DNA of 64,000 nt from positions 45,200,001 through 45,264,000 of the forward strand of contig CM052816.1 in assembly GCA_028534125.1 (NCBI GenBank), in the 5' to 3' direction. This DNA comes from Lama glama (taxonomy: Eukaryota). Below are positions 27,534-41,590 of this stretch, one piece after another. Numbering within the stretch: position 1 is the first letter of the stretch; each line of letters begins with the position of its first letter. The translations under genes and the position numbers were made by a program. The notes below the pieces were generated by a model that saw only the letters and a list, made by a program, of their open reading frames with translations, was not told the DNA's origin and did not search any database.

Positions 27534-27793
27534 ACCCCAAGAAATAGTATTTAAAGAAAAATTTCTGAAGCAGATTCAGTCACTATCATGTCAAATTAGG
27601 AAGCTTCTGAAGAAAGAGATGAAAAAGTATGTTCCGTCTGATCTCCCAGTACAAACTGCTGGTTGGCGGAGCTCACAGGGCAAGGGGGAAGAAGAATTAG
27701 ATAATGGACATGATACCACTGTGAGCACATCCAACACTACAGGTCAGAGAACGTCAGGAGGAAAAGGGTCTAAAATGTACATGGCACCGTCTA

Positions 27794-28156
<363 letters not shown>

Positions 28157-30559
28157 TCAACAATACACGTGAGTGCAGGCACAGCGGATTTGCTACACAT
28201 GTTCTCCAAGTTCTACCCAAAGCTGGGAAAGTCGTTCAATATCACTTGGCAAGACTGCCTTCTCGCTAACAAGTCATTTTTTTTTCTCTTGGTTAAAACA
28301 TAAGTAACTCTGATATCTAGCTCTTTGCAGAGGCGTATCTGATTGGCTGTGGACATTTTGTTTTAGAGGGCAAACCTCTTACCTTCCAAAAAATTACTGT
28401 CTTTTCCCACCTATCTCACTTATTCTCATTTTTTTCTTAGCAAATTGGTTACCTTAATTTTCTAGTGAGGTACACATGCTCCAGCCACCTTGGAGTCTGG
28501 CGGATGGAGAAGAACTAAGTAAACCTTCTGATTTTGTGTATATAGTTCACCTACTTCCCTCATTCGGAAATAAAATCACTGGGCAGGGACTCAAGAAGGC
28601 TTCTATGGATTGCTTAATATTTAGCATGCTTTGCTTCTCAGTGTTACATGAGAACAACAAAGCTGTCTTGTGTATTCTTAAATATCTGCCGGCCCTTTAA
28701 ATTCTTTTGCAATCTAGTCAAACTCTTGACAATTGCTCTGCTTCCGTCACAGAGAGCGACTCACATTTTGCAGTTGTGTCCCAGATGCTGCCTACACTGG
28801 CTTTCCTTCTGATTTCTACAAGGGGTCTACTGTCTACTTCTAATGGTGCTTCTATAAGGCTTGATAATTTTGACCTTTACACTCAGCCAATAAAATATGT
28901 TAAATCGTGCCTTTTGTGTCTGTTAATCCTGGTGCAAATAAGAATCTTCTTAGTTACTAAAATTATTAAATTATTCCACAAAAACGAAAGCAAGACACTC
29001 AGCTTGTTAAAGAGGCAAAGGAGTTAATGCCAAGATTTTTCATAAAATACAAATAAGTATCATCATTCTGTGAAATTTGAAATTTGCATTCTCCCCTGGT
29101 TCCTAATATTTCTGGCAGTGTAGAAGCAATAAAGCAAATACTATGGGCTTGAAGCTTATATCTGCTGGTATAAACAGTAAAAAGTCTATTAGAATATACT
29201 CAAGGCACAAGAACTACAACTAACTTCTAATGTAAAATGAAATTAGAGGACAGTCTGCAAGATGGGAATGCTAGCATTCGATCTGTGTTGCCATTTCTGG
29301 AATACTGTTATAAATTAGGACTTTCTCCTCTTTCTACCAGAATGACCCCATTCTGGGTTGGCATCCAGTCTATATAATTAACAAATATGTTTTAAAATCA
29401 GTGGTTTTTCTGCTAAAAATATTTTTAAATATAATTACTCTAACCATGATATAAAATTAGTAACAGAAACATTTCCTTTTGAATTTGGGTTATTTCGTTT
29501 TTTTGGAAACAATATTCATAGTCTAAATTGCATGTGATAAGCAAACGAGTCTCACGTGCAAATGATGTCATGAATATTAGCAGAATTAAGTCTTCCTGAA
29601 AACGCACGCACACATCCAAAATTTTTCTTGTACCAGTAATTTTTCACATGGTTATGACCTAATTACATTGGCCACAGCAATAGACAAAACAGGAGAAAAA
29701 ATTAAACTGTCAGCCTTGAAAACTGTGAGAATGCTGTTGATTTATTTCAGGACTTCTCTAAGTGTTACTAAGCGATAGGGTAAAAGCTAGATCAGGAAAC
29801 AAAAACCATGCCTTAGAATCCATCTCTAAGGACTCATTTGTTAAAACAGCACATTCTCTCTTGTTTGTTTTTACAACTAGCCTTTTGTGCTCCAGCAAAG
29901 CAACTGCCTGCTGAAAATAACTTGCATGTGCAAACCGTGTATTTTTTTTCTTAAAAGCATATTTACATACACAGTAAATACTCTGAATCTTTTAGATGTG
30001 CCTCAGGAAACATAAACACTGTTAAAATGGAAAGAAAAGAATGTAGATTGTATGACATTTGCCTGTGTCCAGCCCAGGCTGGGCAAATATAGAAAAAGGA
30101 CCTTCATTATCCCAAAGTACTCAGCTGTGGAGGCTTCTGACCTCAGAGTGAAAACAAGTGCCCATTCCAAACACTATATTAAATCTCAGTCTCTCCTCTG
30201 TACGGTGTTCTGTAAAAGAATTTTAAGAGAGAATCTAGAATCTCGAGTTCTCAATCCAATATGCTGACCACCCTCTATGTGCACTGCCAGGCAATGAGAT
30301 GCAAGGATAGAACACTTGGTTTCTATCCCAAGCTGCTCACAAAGACAAAATCCTGCAAAATAACAGGCTAACTGTTCCTGAAGCAGGACACAGTAATTCA
30401 TCTGCTCTTCCTGTTCTTTACTTGGTGGAGGCTTACCGAGAAGGGATTTCTTTCTGTGCATTGCTCTTTTGATGATTTTGTTGGATCCACTGCAATGACG
30501 AAAAAGAGTTCTTACGTATCTTATCTCCCACCTCCCACCCCTACCTTCTTCTATTATTG

Positions 30560-30813
30560 TTATCTTGGCCTTTTCCAGAATGTCATAAGTTGGAATCATA
30601 CAGTATGTAGCCTTTTCAGACTGGCTTCTTTCACTCTGCAATATGTATTTGAGGTTCTTCCATGCCTTTTTGTGATTTGATAGCTCATTTTTAAAAATTT
30701 GTTTATATTGCTGAATAGTATTCCATTGTGTGAATGTACTACAGTTTATCCATTCACCTATTGAAGGCCATATTGGAAATTTCCAATTTTTGGCAATTAT
30801 GAATAAAGCTGCC
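30560..30813 (-). mobile_element. Old L1 (L1MC-like) fragment
   Basis: Peptide AALFIIAKNWK...PSIGEWIN and ggaatcatacagtatgtagccttttcagactggcttctttcact. Confidence 0.8.
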
Positions 30814-31949
30814 AAAAAAAAGAAAGAAAAGAAACGAAAAATGCTCTCAAAAGTCTTCAGATTGTATCTGAATTGACTCTACCTACTTTGGCCAATTCTG
30901 GATTTCTTTTGATTTAGGAATTTAAACTCATTAGCAAATGTTCAGTGAGACACAGCTGAGACCACAACAACCTAAAGGAGTTAGTAAATGCTCTTAACCT
31001 CATCAAGGCACAAGTAAGTACAGAAGATTTTAGCTGCTTATCTAGTAGTTTACGTTGGTTCCACACGAGCTGGGAAAGAATCAACACTGCCATCTGACAG
31101 ATCTACCCGAGCAGTGGCGGCAGGGAAGAAGTGGGTAACACAGGAAGTTGATCAAGCTGCCTGTCTTTGAAGGAAGTGAAGTCTCAGTTTCATGCTGATT
31201 CGGAGAACTCATCTGAAACCTGAGCATGTCCCCTCTGAGGACTGAGATACAGCCCTCAATTAGGAGCAGTTAAGCTTTGGAGAAATTGTAAAAAGATCTC
31301 AGAAGAGAGTAAAACCAAGTATTCAAACCATAACTACAGGCACGCTGTCTTAGTCAGCAGTCCTTTTTGTCTCTGCCTCTCCAATCTCATAATTTCTTCA
31401 GGTTACAGACAAGTGGTTAAAATATCAAATGCATTAAATAAATGTACTTAGTAGCTGCCCAGGCTCATTCTTTTAATTTTGTCTCTAAGTAAAGTGAAAC
31501 ATGAATTCATTATTTTGTCTGCATTCTGAATGCTGGCCTTGCACTCACGGCCAGTTGGAGCTAGTGTGACACACCTCCCATTCTGTCCTGCACTAGTGAG
31601 AATTCACACCCAGACAGCAAGAGTACTCAGCAAGCCCGAGCTAAATGTGTTCAGCATCTTGACATGTTGACTCCATACGGCCTCTGTTTCTAATATTTAT
31701 TTTAGATTCTGGCAAAGAGTTGTTATGTATGATTAAAAAAAAAACATGAAGGTGATAGTGCCTGCCCTGTCATTAAAACATGAAGAACTGAATCAGTCTA
31801 GGTACTAAAATGCAGATTTTGTAGTGGTGCCAGCACTTAAATACTTGAGGAATAAAAAGCTAGAGACGTACGAGCAATGAGGGATTGGTCCAACAGACAC
31901 CATCTATCTCATGGTGTGCCGCGAGAGTTGATGAAAAGCTGCACTATCA

Positions 31950-32900
31950 GTAGCAGGAACGGGTTATGGATGAAGCATGTAACTCAGAGAACTTGAAAAT
32001 AGATTTGGCTAATGTAAACTTCCAGTGAATTAAGATGGAAAAAGACAGAGAGATTAAAGGGATTACAGAAACTAAGAGATAAGAAAAATACTCAAGAATT
32101 GGTAACTGCTATTCTTGAAATAGGGAATCCAATGAATGTAAGTGAAGATGAATAAAAATATATGATACTAATACAAGAAAGTTCCCTGGAAAAAACCCCA
32201 AATAAAACTTAATCTGTGAATTGAAAGTATACTACTATGTACCAGGGAAATTATGGTATAGATTCTTTAAAACCACATCATAGCCTTTTTAAGTTTTAAA
32301 CTTTATGAGATTCCAGTAGAAAAAAGCCAATCTCTTAATAAGTGGTAAATTTTAGGCTGCCTTCAGACTTTATCTCAATTTTTAGGGTTAAAGGACAATG
32401 AAGCAGTATCTATTACTGTGAGAAAAAGTGGCTTACGAACATTTTACCCAGGCAATATAGTATTTGAAATTATCAAACATAAAAAAATGCTATAAATGCA
32501 GCATTCATAAATTTTCTTGGGGAAAAAAAAACTACAACCCAAACTACATAATAAAATATAACCAATAAAGATATGAATTGTCAACACCTAGGGAAAAACA
32601 ATTCAGAAATGAAGATGGCAAAAATATCATGTAAAAGGACCCGTAGCTATGCATTTAGATAAAGGACCAATATTGAAAAAAATTATGAGAATTATAAATT
32701 CAAATGTAAATGTTAAGTATCTAGATAATGTAAAAAACATAATATTAACTAAAAAGTTTCCTAAGGTTGAGAAGAGTGGAATTAGGAGGAGATCTGAGTA
32801 TTAATGATTTTATCATCTTTCATGGCATGTGGTCAGTTGATATTATAAAACTGAAATACCTAGGTGATAAATGAGAAATGATGTTCACTTAATGTTATTA
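31950..32900 (+). mobile_element. Degenerate HAL1/L1 ORF1-like fragment
   Basis: A-rich, with motifs such as aatacaagaaagttccctgga, aggctgccttcagactt and attttacccaggcaa typical of old ORF1 sequence. Confidence 0.5.
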
Positions 32901-33039
32901 TTTTTACTTTAAAACAGTCAATAGTCTTTGAGACAAGATGACATACATATGTATAAAGTAGGAATGATTTTTTTAATGATCTTTTATATTTAATGACATT
33001 ATTTGCTCTTTCTGGTGTTCTCCATTAATTTCCGTAAAA

Positions 33040-33490
33040 CTGTATTTCTCTTATATCATTTCCTTTCCCTTCAGCCCGCATAACCTCTTTTTGGTATTTC
33101 TTGTAGTTCAGAGCTTTTGGAAGTAAATTCTTTCAGCTTTTGCCTGAAAATGTCTTTACTGCCCTGCCTGTTAGAGGCATATTTTCACCAGATATAGAAA
33201 TCTAGGTTAACAGGTCTTGATTTCTTGTTGGTTAGGGAAAGGAGTCATTACACTGTCTTCTGGTTTCCAGAGTTTCTGATGAAAATAGTATTATTTTTTA
33301 TCATTATTTTCTTGTATACAATGCTCCCTTCACTTCCTCAAGCTGCTTTCATGATTTCCTATTTAGATTTTCAAGAGTTTGACTACGATTCACCAAGGCA
33401 TATTTTTCTTTTTTGGGATTCTCTAAGCTTTTTGGGTCTGTGGTTTATGCTATCAAATTTGGAAAATTTCTGGCCATGACTGTTTCTATT
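33040..33490 (-). mobile_element. Old L1 ORF1 fragment
   Basis: ttcagcttttgcctgaaaatgtcttta...gatatagaaatctaggtt...cactgtcttctggtttcca...tttctgatga. Confidence 0.65.
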
Positions 33491-36219
33491 ATAGTCACTT
33501 AATGTTTATGAGGATTATTTATGGATGAAGTTTGAAGTGACTTTAAAAGTTTTTAAACTTTATACTTTTATTATTTGTTTTAATTCTTTATAATAACTAT
33601 TTATCATTTCCCCCAAAATAACAATGATTAAAAAAAAAACCTCCAAGCAAATTTGTTAGTATATTAGGAATGACCAATTCTGTACAATGGGAACATGGAC
33701 ACAGGGACCATTAATTATTATTGTTTTTCTGTTCTATATTTTTAAAACTTTGAAGCAGAAAGGTGTTAAATAACATGAATAATATTTTTGGAGACATAGG
33801 GAAAATGTGCAATTTCAGAACCTCCAGATATATGTTAATTCTGTTATGAAAATAGTTAAGAAATAGGTAGTGGAATCCTACAAGTGGCCTAACCAAAACC
33901 ACCTACCTATTAGATAGAGGAAGAAAGTACAGGATAAAGGACTTAGAAGAACGAAATCTTCTTTAAAATTTGGCTTTCTTTCAGCTCAAAAATTACAAAT
34001 TTGGGATTATGCAAAGAATATCTTTCAATAAATTGTAACCTCCTAGAAAGCAAGAGACTGTCCACTTCACAGTTGTATTTTTTAGTTTATAGCATGGCCC
34101 CTGGCACACAAGAGGAGCTTAAGAAATACTCGTTAAATAGGAGATTATAGTTTTTAAGTTTCATCAGTGGGAGAGAGTAGGATGGGGTGGGGAGTGGCAT
34201 GTGTTGGTTTTAGTCTTCTAATTTTCTCATTAACATTAGGTAATTCGGTAGTTGCTCAAGAAAATTTTGTTTTGGCTCATTCTTTGTGTTTCACATGTTA
34301 CATGTGCCAAGACTCTTACGGGAGAATGAAGCATCCGCCCTTGACTGGGTCTCTGTTCTCCTGGGTCTGTGCCCCTCTGGTGGTGGGCTTGCTTGGCACT
34401 GAGCCCCCATGTACCTTCCTGGCTGTCTCTGGCTTCTCTGCTTGGAGTGGGTTCGCATGCTGCTGCTCCTTTTTTTTTTTTTTTTTTTTTTTTGGTGACT
34501 GCTTCACCTTAAAGGGCTTCACAGCTTTCTGCTTTTGCTCTCCCCTTGGCAGACTCCCTAATGAAGTCTTCGTGATTTCTTCTTTCTGGCTTCTCACTGC
34601 TCTTGGGCTGCTGACCTACTGCTGCTCTGCATCATCAGTGACTTGGCAGCAAAGACACTGGATTTCATGCCAGTGACAGGATTGAAAAGACAAATACAGG
34701 TTTTATGCATTTGTACCCTTTTTTCAGGTGTGAGAAAAGTAGGGATTCCATCTTCCACTGCTTCAAATTTTTTGAACTGTTCTTATTTTTCACTGTTTAA
34801 GTTGCTTTTGTTAATGTTCTTATTTATAATAAGAGTCTGCAATCTAACATGTTCATTAAATATACAGAGAAAGGAAACAAGAGCTGGTCATTGGTTATCA
34901 GCACAACTGAAACATTTAGAACTCTTTGGGAACAATTACTACCTAAATGCTCTTAAAAATATTTGGATGGGGTTGGTAATTGCCTAGTGTACACCATGGA
35001 TTATGTCAAGTTCTTCTAAAATTTTTTTACTAATTTAAGGGACACTATTCAGAAAAGGGAAAGTCAAAGAAGTTCAGTTACCTTAGTGTGCTGGCTTCAG
35101 GTACGTCTATGACTAACGTATCTGAGTAGCAGACCTTTACTTTCAAGGCTTGGGCTTAGAAAGATGTCTGTTTCAAATTGTGTAATTCCTAGGAGCAACA
35201 ATTCTGTATTTTTTCATCATAAATATCCAGAGTATAGACAAGATATTTTTTCTTTTATACAACCAAAGTTTCTACCTGTAATTTAAGAATGTATTTCTCT
35301 GCGGGTCACTTATGGACAAGAGAAACCTTTGGTCTTCCTTGTTGTTAATACTCGTGAATCAAAAGATAATTATTAAGTCATGCCTCAACAATTTCACCTC
35401 CAGATTATATGATCCCTGTTCCTTCAGCCTTTCCTCTTGCACCCTGTTCTACAGGGCTTCATCTCAGAGCCTCTCAGGTCAGTGTTCTTCATGCTTCTGA
35501 TAGGTTTCAAGGCACGCAGTGCTGATCAGTCATGACACTACTTATCAGGGGCCAGATTATTGTTTTTACAAAATAGAAGGAACTGAAAATTAAGCTGTTT
35601 TTGTCTTAAGTTACAACAGCACTAACCCCTGACCCCCACCCAAACCCTGTTTTGAGAGTTCCTAGATTAGAAAAATTTCAGAAGTACAAATCAAGTTGGG
35701 TGGTAGGACTGAGGGGCAGAGGGGACTGGAGGTGGTCATAACATACTGAGATGGAACTAAATAATGTAGAAGAGGTTTGGAACCTGAGAATAATTTTTTA
35801 AAGGTTTTCATAAAAAGTAGAAGAGATTCAAGTTGGATTAAGCTCTGAATATAAAAATATTTTAATTGAAATTACAAAAATGCCAAACTTTATCATGACT
35901 GTTTATTTAAATATTATTATATTTAGAAGTCCTTTTAAAAAATAATTTGAAATCATTTTTGGTTTATTCTGAGAAATCTCTGCCACAGGCACTAGACATT
36001 CCCAAAGTCTGTAGACAGAAATACTACTACTAATAATAACAACAATTACAATAATAAAACAGTTAAAGTGAGTTGTTTTCTTGCCCTCTAGGGTGGTTTT
36101 TCTATGCTGAAAAGATTATTCAAAAGGTCACTTTCAGTTTTGTCTAACAGTAAAAAGTCTGCAGTGTCCAGCAAACTATGGCAATGGGTCAAATTGGCTC
36201 ACCGCCAACTTGTATACTT

Positions 36220-36590
36220 GGAGCAAATCCCCACGATGTACACTTTAAATATCTTACAATTTCATTTGCCAGTCGTACCTCAATAAAGCTGAAAAAAACT
36301 GTAACAATAAAAAGGATGAACTACTGACACATATAACAACATGAATGAATCTCAAAATCAGTACGCTGGGTAAAAGAAGCCAGGCACAGAACAGTACTTA
36401 CTGTATGATTCTATTTTCACAAAATTCTAGAAATTACAAATTAATATACAATGACAGAGAGCCGATCAGTGGTTGCTTGGCTCTGGGAGCAAAGCGAGGG
36501 ATATTCTCCAGGGGGATCTAGGGACTCCTTTGAGGGTGATGGAAATGTTTTATATCTTGATTGTGGCTTTCATGGGTGTGTAATCATCTG
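36220..36590 (+). mobile_element. Old L1 (L1ME-like) 3' fragments
   Basis: aacaacatgaatgaatctcaaaa...aaaagaagccaggcacaga...tactgtatgattc...gatggaaatgttttatatcttgattgtgg. Confidence 0.7.
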
Positions 36591-36664
36591 CTTTTCTAAA
36601 AGCTTAATAACAAACTAGGGTTTTGAATTTGTTGTTTTAATAAAGTGAACACTAATCTTTTAAA

Positions 36665-36845
36665 TTAAGGGTCAGCAAACTTTTCCTGAAAAGTCAATAG
36701 TAAGTATTTTAGATATAGGAGGACATATGGTCTCTGTCAAAGCTAAACTGAAATTTGAATTTCACACAATTGTCACATGTCCCAAAATATGATTCTCCTT
36801 TCTATTTCTCCCAACATTTATAATGCAAAAACCATACTTAACTCT
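36665..36845 (+). mobile_element. MER58-like hAT remnant
   Basis: gggtcagcaaacttttcctgaaaag...atagtaagtattttag...atggtctctgtc. Confidence 0.6.
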
Positions 36846-37504
36846 ATAAGTACTTTTCGACATAGTTTTGGTCAGCATCCTTTAAACGGCCTTTTTACAA
36901 GGCCTTAAAATTCTAGCATTCAGGTATCTATTAACAACTCTATGGATGAATCTTAATTGTTCGGGCAGTGATAGGTGACCAAAGAATAGTGTTGATGATG
37001 ACAAAAAGAGAAAACTGGATGACTTGGTGCTAATAAAAATAAGAGAGAAGAAGAAATCATTTTGTTGTGGAAACTAAATTAAATATCACCCATGTTGAAG
37101 TGAAAAGAAGTAAGGTTATCTTAGGTACTAGACGGGAGATCAGGAGAGAAGGAAGGTTGGAGACAGAAGTGTGGGAACAGCTGTGCGGTGGTAAAAGCTG
37201 AAGCCATACGGATGTACCACTTTTTTAAGGAAGACACTCGTAGAGCAAAGTGCTGAGTGCTTGGGGTTAAGCACAGCTGGAGGACACGAACAGGAAGAGG
37301 AACCAGTGAATAAACAAGGAACAGCCGGCTGCTCAGGCAGGTCAGATGGGAGGACAGCCTCAAAGAGCTATGTCAGGGACCCTAAGAGCAGGCTCTGTTC
37401 CAGGAGAGAGGTGGTCCACAGCATCACAGACAGACACTAAGAAGAAGCCAAAGGAGGCACTGCTTCACTGCAGATGTAATCGATGCCTTTGGGAAAAGCA
37501 CAAC

Positions 37505-37671
37505 CAGATTATTCCCTAACCTGAGGGTACCTTTTCCTTGACAGCACCATATATTACATATTTCAGTTTATTGTCATCCCCATCCAGAGAGCAGTGAGAA
37601 AAGACTGAAATATATAATTTAATACATAGAGCTGGCAAGAAAAAGGTACCCTCAGGTTAGGGACTGATCTG
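37505..37671. repeat. Long imperfect inverted repeat (hairpin)
   Basis: 37505-37545 matches the reverse complement of 37631-37671 at 37/41 positions, with a perfect 23-bp core. Pairing continues inward to a ~18-nt loop. Confidence 0.92.
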
Positions 37672-40600
37672 ACTCACAATGTGAGATCAGCCAGTCTGAT
37701 AACTACATGTTCACACTGGATGAGGTGTTTTCTTCCCTCCATCCCATCTACTTTATTGTTATTCTTATTCAGAGCAAAAGACTACAAAGCATAGAGTTTA
37801 AGTCCTTTCAACTGCAAACAAACTTCAGATGTTCCACCAGAAGATACTGAATGAACATTAAATATTTCGCATTTTCTATAATGCTGGATTAACATAGGTG
37901 CACCTTCTTGCCAATTTTACATCATCTCTGACACAAAAGTCCCTTCAGGAGATGGCCAATTTTTGTACTCCTGACTTACTCCTCTCCCACAAGTTGCTGA
38001 CGGCAGCCAGCCAATGACACGTAACTACTGGGCTTCTTCATCTTTTATACTGCTTTTAAAAGGTTAAAATATTTAATAAACTTTTATGAAATTATTAATT
38101 TCATCATAATGTGGTTAACCAAATATGAAAGATGATCTAAATGACCTTGTTTCAGAAACATTCTTGAATGAGTCAATTCCAAAATAATGACAATCGGTGT
38201 AGACTTTTATAAAAATGTGGAGCTCAACTTCCTATGACTTGCTGTGCTAAAACACACAGGTATAAATCATGCACTGGGAAGACAGAAAGAGATTTCTCAT
38301 TACAACTGGCAAAACTGGCAAATTCTGAGACATCGCACCAGCAGATAAAAACTCTTTGAATTATCACATTTCTGGGAATCTTTGCATTTATAAATTTGAG
38401 ATAAGATAGCATCTAAACAGAAATCAATACTAATTCCAGATATTAAGAACCAGACTGTATATTGTCAAAATATTATTTGGTATTATTTTCAAATGCCCCT
38501 TTTCTGGTAATTAACGAGCTACTTCGTAGGGAGGAACCATTTAGGATCTTTGTGTTGCAATCTTCTAGTCAGTGAAACAAGGACACTGAGATTTCTCCAA
38601 GAATGCTCTATGGAAGAATTAATTTACTAACAAAGCTCTAAAAAATGTATGGATATTTTAATTTTAAAGAGCAAAAATTTAAAGCAGCCCCAGTTCATTG
38701 CAGAAGGGGAAAAAAAGAAAAAAGAGGCAGAGAAGCCCCAACTCCCTGAAATTTATACCAAATCACCCAGAAATAACCACTCTATCTTGGATATGAACTT
38801 TTTAAAAATTACAATTTCTAGAGAAGGTTAATTTTCCTCAACCCGTTAATTATATAAGGACAAGTCATATGCAAGCATTTTTGGAGAAAAAGAGCTGAAG
38901 ACTGGATTTACACTTGGGCAATAGCTCAAAAAACCTCAGATCCTGGTTTCTTTGGGACACTCCTGGTTTCCTTAGGATTCCTGGTTTACCCTGCTGTCTC
39001 AGCATTTTTATTAACATCACTCTCTCTCACTCAAGCGTCAATGACAGTGAATTACATGGCAATTTCGTAGGGCTAGACAGGGCTCCAGAAGGACCCAGCA
39101 CAGTGGAAGCTATCGTATTTGAAAGAGCATTGGGTGTATCCTAAAACCCAGATTCTAACCAACCCTCTTTATGTGAGGATGGTCTGCAATTTAAATTCTC
39201 TCCTGACCATCTTTGATTCATTCATTAAATCATAATAGCTGAGTGTCTATGTAGCAGTGCACTCAGGTTCCACGCAGGCACTGAATAGACAGGCTCAGTG
39301 CTTTCCTGAGTATTTCATAACCCCTCGTGTGGTTCAATGCTTGGAGGTCCACCAGCAGTTTCTCTGCTTCCCAAACCTCAGATCGCTGCCTGGAGTGGAA
39401 ATCAGTAAAGTGGGAGATGGGTCCAGTGACTTGCTTTACCTAAATTTGGGGATACTCTGCCAAATATTTTATCTTTCTTCAACAAAATAATATATGCTAT
39501 TCTGTGAAAAGTTTTTGAGTGTCTAGTACATGGAAAATTCATAAAACAATAAAAATTATGTAGTACTTGTTTCAAAGAGCTTACACGAGGGTAAATTATA
39601 TGAGATATAGAAATAAAATTAAGTCATGTGGCCTAAAATGCCTCCTATGATCTGGGTCCACACTCCCAAACTTCTTTAACAATAGAATTTTTCAACTTTG
39701 TGATAGCAGGTAAGTTTCATATGAGGGCATGTTTTAGCTCCTATGATGAAAGCAAAAGGAAAAACAAAAGATTTAGTTTCATGTACTGACTCCATAGCCA
39801 CTTTCTCAGAACACAATTTACATACAGATCATACTGGGAGCAAAAGACAGACTTTCTAGTTTGCCTCTCTCAACGACCAAGACCTCAAGTGAGTCAATCA
39901 TCTTCCTTTTTTTTTTTTTTTAAAAAGAACATTTCAAATAGAATGTTTGTTTCCTCTAGACCAAAACAAATACAAAAATCTGCAAAATGGGTATTATATT
40001 GTTTTACACTTGGAGTCCAAGGACCTTATTTATTATCTGCTACTCTTTAAAGAAGTGGAGCGTTCAATTCTTGGGACTGATAATTTAACAAAAAACCTAA
40101 ATAAGGATTTTAGTCTAGCCCTAAACCTAATTTTCTTTACTGCTTATTGCCATTCTCTTGTAGAGAATGGGATTTAAAGTCATATACCTTGGAATATACT
40201 AAAAGATAGTATTAGTATAATAAGTATAAGTATATACTAATTAGTATAATGATACTAAGTAAGTTATAACATAAGTTGCTTTGCCACTTGCTAAGTACTG
40301 CTATATCGAGCTATACTTTATGTAAACCTCAGTTTTTTCATCTTTAAAATGGGAATAAATACCTGTTACCTCAATGGATTATTTTAAGACTCAGATAAAA
40401 TAAGTGCAAGCTATATATTTGTAAACTGCAAGCCTGCTTTATAAATATAAGGAGATATTGTTTTTATGCTGCACAAAGTTAGTCTCATCCTTAACCTGGT
40501 TGGTTTCTTTCTTTGTATAGCACATTCCTACCAGTTGAGGTGGCTCGCCACAAGGTTGTGTTCCGAGAAATAATGTAAGCCAAGCAGGATCTTTGCGGTT

Positions 40601-40899
40601 GAATATTTTACATGGCTAAGAACCACTTCTTTCCCAGAATGGGAGAGAATACAAACCAAGGTGCTGTTCTGCCTTAGTGTGATTGTAAACACAATTCTTG
40701 CCCATCTTTCTTAAGGCCTGGGCATCAGTTTCTTCACTGATAAAGGGTTTATCCTTTATTGAGTCTTTTCACAAAAATGTGAAGGTAGCGGGGAGGTGTT
40801 AGTGGGGAGGTATTAATGCATCAATGGTCTCTAATACCTTCAGAGTAGAGAATAGCATTTGTAACTTAGCTAATAAAGCCTTCTGCTGTTCGGTCCTGT

Positions 40900-41320
40900 C
40901 TGTCACAAGTCTCCGCCTCAGACTCCACACTCCAGGCGTAATGAGCCACCAGACACTTTCAGTTCCTCCAAGTGGGCTGTGCTTCTCCTCCGGTTTGCCC
41001 TGTGGACCTGCTGCTCCCTCTGCTGCGCTTCCTCCCCTAGCCCAGCTGACCCTGCTCTTCAGGTCGGTATCAGCTCCCTCCAGGACAAGCCATGCTGGAG
41101 TAAGTAGCCCAACACTCTGTCCCCGCACCCTGTGCACCTCCTTTCACAGCATTTATTATGCTCTGTCCCAATTGCCAGCTTTCTAGTTGGGCTCCTCCAT
41201 CACACTGCAGACCGTAAACTTCTTAAAGCAAGACACCTGGATTTCTTCATTGCCCTAAGCCCAGCACAGTGCCCTGCAGAGACCAAGTCCCCACAGATAT
41301 TTGTTGAGTGGATGAGTGAA
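40900..41320 (+). mobile_element. L2 3' fragment
   Basis: Ends cccagcacagtgccctgcagag...cagatatttgttgagtggatgagtgaat. Confidence 0.65.
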
Positions 41321-41540
41321 TATATGAAGTCTCTGAAAACCTGTATTACCAGGGGCCTTGAAAAATGAGGGCGAGAAAAGTCAGGATTCCTCAATGGACA
41401 GCTTCTCCGCCTGAAGGGCTTACTCTTAACTAAGAAATGGGTACAGGTGTATCACCCGTGCCCTTTCTTTACTACGTCTTCCAGAAATTCTAGAAGACAA
41501 ATTGGGGTGCTCTCTTTGACAGTTGCTCCCATGACTCAGA

Positions 41541-41543
<3 letters not shown>

Positions 41544-41587
<44 letters not shown>
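41544..41587 (+). repeat. (GT)22 microsatellite
   Basis: Perfect dinucleotide run seen directly. Confidence 0.95.

Positions 41588-41590
<3 letters not shown>

Noticed and set aside
30186..30815. Longest ORF in the track (209 aa, minus strand)
   Set aside because: Non-ATG start; its first part is L1-derived and the rest is unrelated flank. A chance read-through.
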